Made by a program: the position numbers and the translations under genes. The notes beneath the pieces were generated by a model that was not told where the DNA came from, searched no databases, and saw nothing but the letters and a program-made list of their open reading frames with translations. A stretch of DNA of 49,248 nt, taken from Synechococcales cyanobacterium PMM_0083 (lineage in GTDB: Bacteria > Cyanobacteriota > Cyanobacteriia > Leptolyngbyales > Leptolyngbyaceae). This document shows, in pieces, positions 21,546-31,000 of the stretch (position 1 is the first letter of the stretch; each line of letters begins with the position of its first letter). The stretch covers positions 1 through 49,248 of the forward strand of contig CASBQE010000050.1 of assembly GCA_949127665.1 (NCBI GenBank), given 5' to 3'.

Positions 21546-22493
21546 ATGAAATCTACTTTATCTCGGCTTAAACCGCTGATACGTTGGGTTATTTTGGGTG
21601 CTAGTGTATTTTTTTTGGTAGGGATTTTAAGGCGAAACTGGCAGAGTGTTACTTCATTTCGCTTAGACGATGCCGGATGGGCGTGTTTGGCGATCGCCCT
21701 GGGAATCACATTATCGGCTCACATTTGCGCGGGCTGGGTCTGGAGCCAAACGCTCCGCCGGGATTTTCAACAATCAGTGGACAGTGGAGATCTGATGCAG
21801 GCATACCTCCAAACCAATATTGCAAAATACCTTCCCGGTAATATCTGGCACTATTACGGTCGAATTAATGCGGCTACCGCTGCGGGTGCTTCTTTAGAAA
21901 TTGCCACAGTGACGGTATTGCTAGAACCACTGCTGATGGCGGCGGCGGCTTTCCTGGTGGCACTCTTAGCAAGCCAGACGGTTGTTTCCCGCTACGGCAC
22001 TGTGGGTTTGTGGCTGCAATGGCTAGGCTTATTCGGCGTGCTGCTTGCAATCCATCCACGGGTTCTCAATCCGGTGATGGCATATTTGAGCAGCCTTAAG
22101 CAAAAAACGGCAAGTTTTCCAGAAAATACACCGTCTATCAAACCTTCAGTCAAGCTAGTGCGTTATCCATTTCTACCTTTGGTGGGCGCATTAAGCTTTG
22201 TTTTATTAAGAGGTGGAGGGTTTCTAGTGACATTCTGGGCGATCGCGCCGTTTAATATAGGGCAAGTTCCACTCTTGCTGAGTGGGTTTAGCCTATCTTG
22301 GCTAGTCGGGTTGCTCGTTCCCGGTGCGCCCGGTGGAATAGGAGTGTTTGAAGCAACCGCGATCGCATTATTGGGGCACGATTTTCCGTTGGGGTTACTC
22401 TTAGGCAGCGTAGCCCTCTATCGATTAGTCAGTGTGACATCCGAAGCAATGGGTGCAGGGCTTGCTTGGTTGGATCAACAAATTAGTCATTAA
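21546..22493 (+). CDS. Lysylphosphatidylglycerol synthase TM-domain (UPF0104, flippase-like) membrane protein
   Basis: Multiple TM segments; AKYLPGNIWHYYGR and PGAPGGIGVFEA...LYR motifs. Confidence 0.8.
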   Translation: MKSTLSRLKPLIRWVILGASVFFLVGILRRNWQSVTSFRLDDAGWACLAIALGITLSAHICAGWVWSQTLRRDFQQSVDSGDLMQAYLQTNIAKYLPGNIWHYYGRINAATAAGASLEIATVTVLLEPLLMAAAAFLVALLASQTVVSRYGTVGLWLQWLGLFGVLLAIHPRVLNPVMAYLSSLKQKTASFPENTPSIKPSVKLVRYPFLPLVGALSFVLLRGGGFLVTFWAIAPFNIGQVPLLLSGFSLSWLVGLLVPGAPGGIGVFEATAIALLGHDFPLGLLLGSVALYRLVSVTSEAMGAGLAWLDQQISH

Positions 22494-22501
22494 TCGGGAA
22501 A

Positions 22502-23908
22502 TTAATCAATCGTTTCGTCTTCTAGATTCAGTTCTTCGACAGCAAGCGTTTCTGAAAGAAGCTCCAGCTTTTCAATGTGTTTCAATTGAGAAAAGATGCG
22601 ATAGGTATCTGGATCAAAAACATTTTCCTGAGTTTTAACTGCTTCTGTTTTAACTGCTTCTTTATCCTTCATTTTAATTAAGTTGTATTGCACATTCTCG
22701 GCGTAAATTGTAAACGTGACATTGAAAACTTCTAAAAAGCTCACAACCCATTGACAATCCGCTTCAGGATATTCCTGATAATGATTGATTAGTTGAGCAA
22801 TTCGAGATTCCAAGTGGGTTCTTGAATGTTTGCAAATTAGAATGATTTTTAGAAAAACAATAACGAGTGTAACCGGATTTCCTTGAGAGAGGAGTTGAAT
22901 GAACAGTAAAGAAGGCTCAGCTTGGTTGTCTGTCGTCAGAACATCAATTACCCGATTACAGGTTCTTAAAATTAACGCATTTGAGACAGTTTCTTCGTCA
23001 TGTCTAGAATAAAGATCTTCTAGTTTTTCACTTAATCTTTCTGTGATTGTCTTTGCAAAATCTTTGTTATCTACAGAAAATATCAGATACTTTTGAAAGC
23101 TGTGTTTAAACTCTCTAAATGTTAATTGATCGATTTGGCTAAGAAAAATGTTGGCTATATTAACATGGCTAAACTGCCCCTTTCTTGCCACGATCGTCTT
23201 GATCAGTCGGAGTGCCTCATCCCCAAGAGCCGTAGGGTTTTTGGGGGAAGAATTACCATCGGTGGGGCGAGCTTGCGATCGCGCAATAAACATGGCTAAA
23301 TCAAATTTGAACCGATCCTTCAACTGCTTAGACAAAGCTCTTGCCGCCTCTCGTTGCTCAATCGGATTTTTGAGATCGATATATTGTGGAACTAGCAAGT
23401 AGGAGGTGTAGCGTGAAGACCAAGGTCCTTCGTTTTGATCTTCATAACGAGACGTAAAGAGGCGCAGTTCTTCAAAATCTTTACTCGTAACAAATTCATT
23501 CAGCCAAAATCTCAATCGCTTCAAGGTTGGAGAAGCAGTGTGTCGATTAAAAGACTGATCACAAAAAAGTTGAATCAGTTCTCGGATTGGTTTGTAATTT
23601 CTACTTGCATCCCAGTTGTTAATTAGGATGTAACAAGACCGTTTAAGCGTGTTTCTAAAATTCTCTTGATTATTAGAAAAAACAATGTCATAAACCGCTT
23701 GTATTGCCCCTGAACTGATAGAGTCAACATGATAAATAAATAGCCGCTTGAACTCCAGCAGCACTTCTTCAGGAGGCCACTTTTTGACAATCTCTAACAG
23801 AAAATCATAGATGGTTTCTTGAGATTGCTGAGCGTTTACCCCCTGTCTTGATCGATAGGGTTGTGCGCTCTTCTGGATGTCTTTTGGCTCCCCAATCGTC
23901 ATAAACAC
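22502..23908 (-). CDS. Conserved cyanobacterial hypothetical protein (probably helical, cytoplasmic)
   Basis: 468-aa ORF with no competing frame; motifs LKRSCYILINNW and KNPTALGD. Confidence 0.8.
   Translation of the reverse strand: MFMTIGEPKDIQKSAQPYRSRQGVNAQQSQETIYDFLLEIVKKWPPEEVLLEFKRLFIYHVDSISSGAIQAVYDIVFSNNQENFRNTLKRSCYILINNWDASRNYKPIRELIQLFCDQSFNRHTASPTLKRLRFWLNEFVTSKDFEELRLFTSRYEDQNEGPWSSRYTSYLLVPQYIDLKNPIEQREAARALSKQLKDRFKFDLAMFIARSQARPTDGNSSPKNPTALGDEALRLIKTIVARKGQFSHVNIANIFLSQIDQLTFREFKHSFQKYLIFSVDNKDFAKTITERLSEKLEDLYSRHDEETVSNALILRTCNRVIDVLTTDNQAEPSLLFIQLLSQGNPVTLVIVFLKIILICKHSRTHLESRIAQLINHYQEYPEADCQWVVSFLEVFNVTFTIYAENVQYNLIKMKDKEAVKTEAVKTQENVFDPDTYRIFSQLKHIEKLELLSETLAVEELNLEDETID
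22632..22661. repeat. 15-bp perfect tandem duplication (EAVKT x2)
   Basis: gttttaactgcttct twice. Confidence 0.9.
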
Positions 23909-24116
23909 TTAAAAATGCTTAAACGCACCGTTTGTAAATATTTCGACTCTTTAGCTATTGGCTATCAACAGCTATCAAAACTGAGGGCGAGTGATGAAAC
24001 TGCCCTAAGCAGACAATAAAACTTTTAAGCAATCAGTCACTAAGAATGTGCAAATACCAGGGTACAAGGCACTACTTTGCAGGGAGACTCTCAGTTTGGA
24101 AGACTCTAGAACCGTC

Positions 24117-24185
24117 TTCAGCCCCCGCTCTCCTTCTCCCAAATCTGGGCGAGGGCGCAAAGGTGACCTGCTCCCACTTTGGAAA
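24117..24185. repeat. Degenerate palindromic cyanobacterial dispersed repeat
   Basis: Hairpin ccttctccca-aatc-tgggcgaggg plus a second ctcccactttgg half-unit. Confidence 0.4.
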
Positions 24186-24623
24186 AACTGATATTGCTTA
24201 CAGGCATGATGCCTATATATCGCACTTAGGACTGCCTCAAAACATGCCACGCTTAATTCGTCATGCACTTAATTTTAGTTAATTTTCTTCATCACTAACT
24301 AATCTTTTCCGCCAATATTAAAGTAAACGTCGCAAGGCACCCAGATTAAAGGGTTCAACTCTAAAAAATCCATCCATAGCTTTAGTCAAAGCGCTAACGG
24401 ATCTTATAAAGTCAACCTGTCAGCAATCATACGCGAGGAAAGTCTAAATTGTCTCACCTTTTTAGGTTAGGCTAATTTCTTCGTTGCTTAAAAATTTTAT
24501 CCGGAAAAGCAAGCATTATTGCTTTAGCAGCTTCACCTTTAAAAGCTATGAGCAACTGAACGCTCTCGTGGCAATTATTCCACTAGGTTTTGAAGAATTA
24601 TGCAGCCAAAACCAGTGAGTTAA

Positions 24624-25106
24624 TGGGGGCAGAGGGACTTGAACCCTCACGACCTTGCGGTCAACGGATTTTCATCCTCTTGCAGTTTTCACTGCTGCTC
24701 AACCTATCGTTGATGAGTTTTGAGAATTGGACTCTCCCTTTACCCACGCTCTACCACAAAACCTAGTTGTAAAGGCGCTAGGGTAGCTCCCGTCGAGTCT
24801 CTGCACCTTCCGCAAAAATTTTAGAGTTTAGAGTTCAGACTTTTGGACTGATAGAAATCAAATGGATTAATAGCAATCAAAAATCTTATCTTTACAATCT
24901 GCAATCTTTTTGGCTTGGCTCAGGATTGCCATACTTCTAGAGAAGAAGGCTTTAGGCACTGAGGGTGTTTATTTCTTCAGTACTTATTGCCTAATTAATC
25001 ACTAAAAACGTAGGTTTCCCTGAGTTTGAGAGCCGTCACTTACTGAGTTTCTCCAGTAAGGCTCAGTTTTCTAAGTCCGTAGCGTCTACCATTCCGCCAT
25101 GCCCCC
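24624..25106 (-). tRNA. trnL: tRNA-Leu(UAA), split by a group I intron; exons 25073-25106 and 24624-24672
   Basis: Spliced GGGGGCATGGCGGAATGGTAGACGCTACGGACTT^AAAATCCGTTGACCGCAAGGTCGTGAGGGTTCAAGTCCCTCTGCCCCCA; 7-bp acceptor stem, long variable arm, CCA not encoded. Confidence 0.96.
24673..25072 (-). ncRNA. Group I intron (trnL-UAA type), 400 nt
   Basis: Inserted after U34 and ends in G; core elements AACTCAGGGAAAC, AATCCTGAGCC, GTGCAGAGACTCGACGG, GAGAGTCC on minus strand. Confidence 0.94.
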
Positions 25107-25376
25107 ATGGCTTTGGGATAGTCAAAAACTAACCCCGTATCATTTCACCATCAATTGAAGGGTTATGCAATGGTTAAAAAAAGTTTTTGTGAACTGACAA
25201 GTCAGCGCTTATGCGATCGCTCGCTTACTTTCCTCAAGTTTTTCAATGCGTGAATCGCTTGCCTTGCGGACTACAAAGGGTAGAATGGTGCCATTCTGAA
25301 AAAAGTTTGCTTGCTCAAAAGTTTTACTTGTTTTCGGTCTGCATTTTTCTTTTTGGAAGCTACCACCCTTAAAGCT

Positions 25377-25589
25377 ATGGTTGTTGCATTTCTCTATTTG
25401 GCGATCGCTGGGGCATTTCTAGTCGTGATTCCAGCGGCTCTGTATTTTTATCTGCAAGCGCGTTGGTATGTGGCAAGTTCCTTTGAACGGGCATTTATGT
25501 ACTTTTTGGTGTTCTTCTTTTTTCCTGGATTGTTGCTGCTCTCGCCATTTTTAAACTTTCGCCCTAAACGCCGTGCGGTTGAGGGCTAA
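25377..25589 (+). CDS. ndhL: NAD(P)H-quinone oxidoreductase subunit L
   Basis: [35 protein letters not shown] signature; ndhL-DUF3007-trpA synteny. Confidence 0.94.
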   Translation: MVVAFLYLAIAGAFLVVIPAALYFYLQARWYVASSFERAFMYFLVFFFFPGLLLLSPFLNFRPKRRAVEG

Positions 25590-25912
25590 TGCGACGGATT
25601 GACGTTCTAGGCATTGGGCTGGGAGTCTGTGTGGCAACCGGGCTGATTTATTATGTATTCCAGGTCGCAGGTCTGGATGCGACGAATGCTGGCATTTGGA
25701 CTCAGGTTTTGCTGTTTGGTGGGCTGGTAGGTTGGCTGGCAACTTATGTGTTGCGCGCTGTAACCGGTTCTATGACTTACCATCAGCAGCGGCGTGACTA
25801 TGAAAATGCTGTTTTGCAGAAGCGGCTGGATGAGCTTACTCCAGAGGAGTTGGCGACGCTGCAAGCCGAAATTGAACAGGAGAAGAAATCTGCTTCCAAG
25901 CCGATTCAGTGA
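25589..25912 (+). CDS. DUF3007 family membrane protein
   Basis: MRRIDV...MTYHQQRRDYE..VLQKRLDELTPEE; TAATG overlap with ndhL. Confidence 0.88.
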   Translation: MRRIDVLGIGLGVCVATGLIYYVFQVAGLDATNAGIWTQVLLFGGLVGWLATYVLRAVTGSMTYHQQRRDYENAVLQKRLDELTPEELATLQAEIEQEKKSASKPIQ

Positions 25913-25958
25913 AAGAATGATGAATAATTGGCTTGATGAATGATTGGCTGAACTGAAC

Positions 25959-26759
25959 ATGAATTCTGTATCTGAATGCTTCGAGCATCTCCGGAGCCAC
26001 GCCCGCTGCGCTCTAATTCCGTTTGTGACGGCGGGCGATCCAAACTTAGAAGTGACCGCAAAAGCATTGGAGCGATTAGATCAAAGTGGCGCAGATTTGA
26101 TTGAGTTGGGTGTGCCCTACTCTGACCCGCTGGCGGATGGGCCTGTGATTCAGGCGGCGGCGACAAGAGCGCTTCAGCGAGGAACCAAATTTGAACAAGT
26201 GCTGGAGGTGGTGCAGCAGGTGAGTCCTCGGCTGAGATCGCCCATCATCTTATTCACCTACTACAATCCGATTTTGAATCGGGGCATTGACTCGTTCTTG
26301 CAACAGATTGCTACGGCTGGCGTGAAAGGGTTGGTGGTGCCCGATTTGCCGCTTGAGGAGGCAGAGGTATTGCTTAAACCTGCGATAGATCACGGGATTG
26401 AGTTGACGTTGCTAGTGGCTCCAACCACGCCAAAAGAGCGGTTAGTGGCGATCGCCCAACAATCCCAAGGCTTCATCTACCTGGTCAGCACAACGGGAGT
26501 AACCGGAATGCGCGCCCAAATGGAATCTCGCGTCAAAGATATGATTCTAGAGCTACGCAGCGTCACGGATAAACCGATTGGCGTGGGGTTTGGCATTTCC
26601 CAGCCGGAACATGCGCGGCAAGCGATGGAATGGGGCGCAGATGGGGTGATTGTGGGTAGCGCCTTTGTCAAACGGTTAGCCGATTCATCGCCTGAAAAAG
26701 GTTTACAGGACATGGCTGATTTTTGCCGGACATTGAAAGCCGCGATCGCTCCCAATTAG
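25959..26759 (+). CDS. trpA: Tryptophan synthase alpha chain
   Basis: [37 protein letters not shown]. Confidence 0.97.
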   Translation: MNSVSECFEHLRSHARCALIPFVTAGDPNLEVTAKALERLDQSGADLIELGVPYSDPLADGPVIQAAATRALQRGTKFEQVLEVVQQVSPRLRSPIILFTYYNPILNRGIDSFLQQIATAGVKGLVVPDLPLEEAEVLLKPAIDHGIELTLLVAPTTPKERLVAIAQQSQGFIYLVSTTGVTGMRAQMESRVKDMILELRSVTDKPIGVGFGISQPEHARQAMEWGADGVIVGSAFVKRLADSSPEKGLQDMADFCRTLKAAIAPN

Positions 26760-26857
26760 TTTTTTTAAGGTTTGATAATTTTGCACTTGAGCGGCAGAGA
26801 TCGAACTGGATCTATTTTTCTCTGATAGGTTGACTTAAGTGTCACTGAAGCGGTAAC

Positions 26858-26896
26858 TTCATACGGGTGAGTGTCCTGACACTGCATCCGTATGAA
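26858..26896. promoter_or_regulatory. Imperfect inverted repeat upstream of the surface cluster
   Basis: ttcatacgggtgagtgtc-ct-gacactgcatccgtatgaa. Confidence 0.45.
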
Positions 26897-27102
26897 TACT
26901 TATTTTATCTTCTTGAATGATCATTTTCTTTAAGTTGCAGTAAAGTATGTTTCATCCATTTGATTTCAAGAATTTTTCCGCTGACTTGATTTGAGATTCA
27001 TTTTTCTCAATTCTCTACTGCAAGCTATTTAATTGCTGGTTCTGACTTCAAGATTCTTCTTCATTTCCTGTAGACATTTGTAATAAGGTCCAATTTTTCT
27101 GG

Positions 27103-28068
27103 ATGACTACTCCAACATCACCGTTGGGGGCTAGAGGTTTGCGCGCGCTTTTTTTTGCAGTGTTTGCAGGCGGTCTAAGCTACCAAGGGTTTGCTGCTTA
27201 CGCCCAAACTTTGATTCCCAATACTGCAACGGCAGGTTTTCAAAGTACGCCAGGAGGACCCACCCGCACGGTTCGTTCAAATACGGTGACGGTTCCTCTG
27301 CTCAGCGAACGGCTGGAAATTATTAAGGTTGCCGATCGCGGTGCGGCTGAACCGGGCGATTCTGTGTCTTATCGGCTGCTCGTCAAAAATTCGGGGAGCA
27401 GTCCAGTCACCAATGTGGTTGTGACCGATACGTTGCCTTTGGGTTTCAAGTTTTTGAATAATTCTGCTAAGGCTGCACTCAGCACCGCAGGTAGCCCGGA
27501 AACGCCCGTTGCGTTATCCAGCGTGACGGTCAGCGGTCAAACGATTACGTTTACTTACCCGATTCTGCAACCTCAGCAGACTTTGATCATTGTCTATGCG
27601 GCGCTACTCTCACCGGATTCCATCCGTGGCTCTGGGCGCAACTTAGTGGTCGCCGCCGCCAAAAATCCTGCGGGTGGAGAAGTGCGAAGCAACGAGGCTA
27701 GCGCTCTACTGCGAATCCGTCCGGGCATTTTATCGGATTGTGGCACGGTTGTAGGTCGCGTATTTACAGATAAGAACTTTGATGGAGAGCAGCAGTCTGG
27801 AGAGCCGGGAATCCCCAATGCCGTCATTTTTATGGATGATGGCAACCGCGTCACAACGGATTCTAATGGATTGTTTTCTCTACCGTTTGCGATCGCGGGT
27901 TATCGCTCAGGAACATTGGATTTGACCAGTCTGCCGGGATATACGCTGGCTCCAAACCTGTATCGGATTGAAGCAAATAGCCCATCTCGCCTTGTTAAAT
28001 TATCACCGGGAGGCATGGTGCGAATGAACTTTGCGGTAACGCCAACCTTTAGGGAGGGGCAGCGATAA
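27103..28068 (+). CDS. Secreted DUF11 Ig-domain plus SdrD-B-like domain protein (putative adaptor)
   Basis: Signal peptide ending AYA|Q; LEIIK..PGDSVSY..VKNSG..VTDTLPLG (DUF11); GRVFTDKNFDGEQQSGEPGIP..TTDSNGLFS (SdrD-B-like). Confidence 0.85.
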   Translation: MTTPTSPLGARGLRALFFAVFAGGLSYQGFAAYAQTLIPNTATAGFQSTPGGPTRTVRSNTVTVPLLSERLEIIKVADRGAAEPGDSVSYRLLVKNSGSSPVTNVVVTDTLPLGFKFLNNSAKAALSTAGSPETPVALSSVTVSGQTITFTYPILQPQQTLIIVYAALLSPDSIRGSGRNLVVAAAKNPAGGEVRSNEASALLRIRPGILSDCGTVVGRVFTDKNFDGEQQSGEPGIPNAVIFMDDGNRVTTDSNGLFSLPFAIAGYRSGTLDLTSLPGYTLAPNLYRIEANSPSRLVKLSPGGMVRMNFAVTPTFREGQR

Positions 28069-31000
28069 TGCGAATTTACTCAATTGCCTTGCTCGGTCTA
28101 AATCTTTTAACCACCTTGGGGTCGCTGGGGGTTGTAGCAGTCCATGCCGCTGAGCCAGCGAGTCAGTCTGCACCGGATGCGATCGCAAAGATGCAGCCAT
28201 TGGAATCGATTCAGCCTGAAGCCGCAAAACTTTTGCCTAAAGCCGCCGACCCTGAGCCGCCGACCTCAGCAGCACCGTTAGAATCGGTTGAGGTCAAGCA
28301 ATCTCAAACTCCGGCGATCGCTCAGCCCCCATCACCGATTCAAATTCTCAGCCCAACGAATCTGGTCAGTGGCGCGAAGTTTACTGACCTGGTGGTGCAG
28401 TATCCGACTGGAAGCAAGGTTCAAATCACGGTCAACCAGCAGCCGCTTGATCCAACCACTCCAAGCCAAACTCAGGAAAATCCGACAACCAATCAGGTAA
28501 CTCAGATCTGGTATCGCGTACCGCTGATATCAGGAGAAAACATTGTCATCGCGCAGACAGCAGGCTCTGCGCCCGTCAGCATCACCATTACCGTCAAGGA
28601 AACCTCTGCCAAGATTGAGTTTCTGCCTACGCAGCAGTCGAGAATTCCGGCAGATGGGCGATCGGTGTTGCCCGTTGAAGGGCGCATTCTGGATGAAGCG
28701 GGGCAACCGATTACCCAAAATGCCGTAGTCACACTGACGGCAGGCAGCGGCAAGTTTGTCGGCGCAGATTATGACAAAGACCGCGCTGGCTTTCAGGTGT
28801 TGGCGCGGGATGGCGTGTTTCGAGCAAGGCTCCAGTCGGGTCTAGAAGCACAGACGGTGCGGATTCGAGCCGCCGTCGATCGCCATGAACTGGTGACGCG
28901 ATCGGAAGCGAAGAAACCCGTTGTGCCGTTCCCAGATCTCAACAAACCTCCCTATCTGCTGGCTCCTAATCCATCAGACAAGACGCTAGAAGCCTATACC
29001 CAAGCAGAATTTATTACCAATCTGCGCCCATTTATTTTGTCTGGTGCAGTCAATCTGCGGTTAGGGCAAGGAGGGCTGGATTATTTTGGCAGTTTTGAAG
29101 ATTATCTCCGTCCTAGCCTACTCAATGATGGCTATCGGGTTGATTTCAGCACGGCAGCCTTTGCCCAAGGTCGCATTGGCGAGTGGCTGTTTACCGGAGC
29201 CTTCAACAATCAGCGCGCCTTAAATAAAGATTGCTCTGGAGCAACGCGGCTGTTTCGTGACCCGCAATTTTGTGATCAGGTCTATCCCGTTTATGGCGAT
29301 AGTTCCACCGTTGATTACCTCACGCCTTCGATCGACAGCGTGTACTTCAAGCTAGAGCGCACGTCGCCCACGATCGGCGCAGGGTCAGACTTTGCCATGT
29401 GGGGCGACTACACCACCTCAGAGTTTGCCAGAGGTTCGCAGTTTTACACCGCCACCACGCGCCAACTGCACGGGTTTAAGCTTAACTACAACCTGGGCGA
29501 TCTGCAACTGACGGGCATGTATGCCAACAACGTCAGCGGGTTTCAGCGAGACGCGATCGCCCCCAACGGCACCAGCGGCTACTACTATTTATCACGCCGC
29601 TTGCTGACGAGAGGCAGCGAAAACATCTTCCTGGAAACAGAAGAATTCAACCGTCCTGGAACCGTGGTTGAGCGCAAGCCGCTGTATCGTGGCACGGATT
29701 ACGACATTGATTACGATCGCGGCGCAATTATTTTTCGGCGTGTCGTCAACGCTCTAGAATTTGATCCTTTCGGTCGCACCCTGGTTCGTCGGATTGTTGC
29801 TACTTATCAATTTGAAGACCTGAAGGATGGCGGCAAACTCTACGCCGGACGCGCCCAGTACAACTTTTCGCGAGAATTGGGCAAAGAAATTTGGGCAGGA
29901 GTCACCTACCTCCAAGAAAATCAGGGCGATCAGCGGTTTCAGCTTTACGGCGGGGATGCATTGATATCTCTGGGCAAAGATGCACAACTGACTGGAGAAG
30001 TGGCTCGTTCTGATTTCGACTCAATTTTTCGAGGTGATATTGGCGGCTATGCCTATCGATTTGAACTGTTAGGCACCCTGATTCCTGGAGTGGTGGGTAA
30101 GACGTTCTATCGCTCGGTTGAATCCGGATTTGTCAACAATGCCTCCGCCAGCTTCACCCCAGGGCAAACTCGCTATGGAGCCGAAATTGCCGCCAAAGTT
30201 ACCCCAACCACCCAAGCAACGGTGCAGTTTGATCGAGAAGTCAACTTCGGGATTGCGCCTGCGGTACGAGGGATTACTGCAATTACGCGGGCAGGCTTTG
30301 GAGATTTGTTTAACCCCACCACTGAACCCATTCCGGGCAGTCGGGTGGATAACAGCCAGAGTACGTTTCGGGCGGGCGTGCTGCAAAAGCTGGGACCGAT
30401 TGAGCTAGGGCTGGATTTCGTCCGGCGATCGCGTCAGGATCGGGTTTTTCCTCAGTTGCTTGAAGCCGACACCAACCAATTTATCTCTCGACTCAACTAT
30501 CCCATTCTCAAAACTCTTACCTTCCGAGTGCAAGATGAGCGCAACTTGGGCAGTAGCCCTGATCCGCTGTATCCCAACCGCACCACAATCGGCTTAGATT
30601 GGGCAGCCGATAAAGATGTCACCGTTCGGTTGGCACAGCAATTTATTGGCAGCACCGCCCAACTCAGAGACAACTCCTTCACCAGCCTGGATATTTTGTC
30701 TGACAAGCGCCTGTCCGACGACACCACCTTTACCAACCGCTATTCCTTGATCAATGGCATTAACGGGTGGTCAAGCCAAGCGGCAATGGGGATGAGTCAT
30801 CGCATTTTGATCGCCCCTGGTTTACGGGCAAGCTTGGGCTTAGAGCGAATTTCAGGAGATGTCGTTCCCTATGCCGCCGCTGGACAGCAGTTTCTCCAAC
30901 CGATCGCGGCAGGGCAAAGCGCGTCTTCTTTAGGGCTTTCCGCCTACACTAGCTATAGCGTTGGGCTGGATTATACCGACAATCCCAACTTCAAAGCCAA

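Noticed and set aside
24005-24282. Opposing 87-aa and 78-aa ORFs
   Set aside because: They overlap a degenerate repeat and lack protein-like features.
22502-24624. Genomic island integrated at the tRNA-Leu 3' end
   Set aside because: No integrase and no duplicated tRNA 3' end seen in the window.
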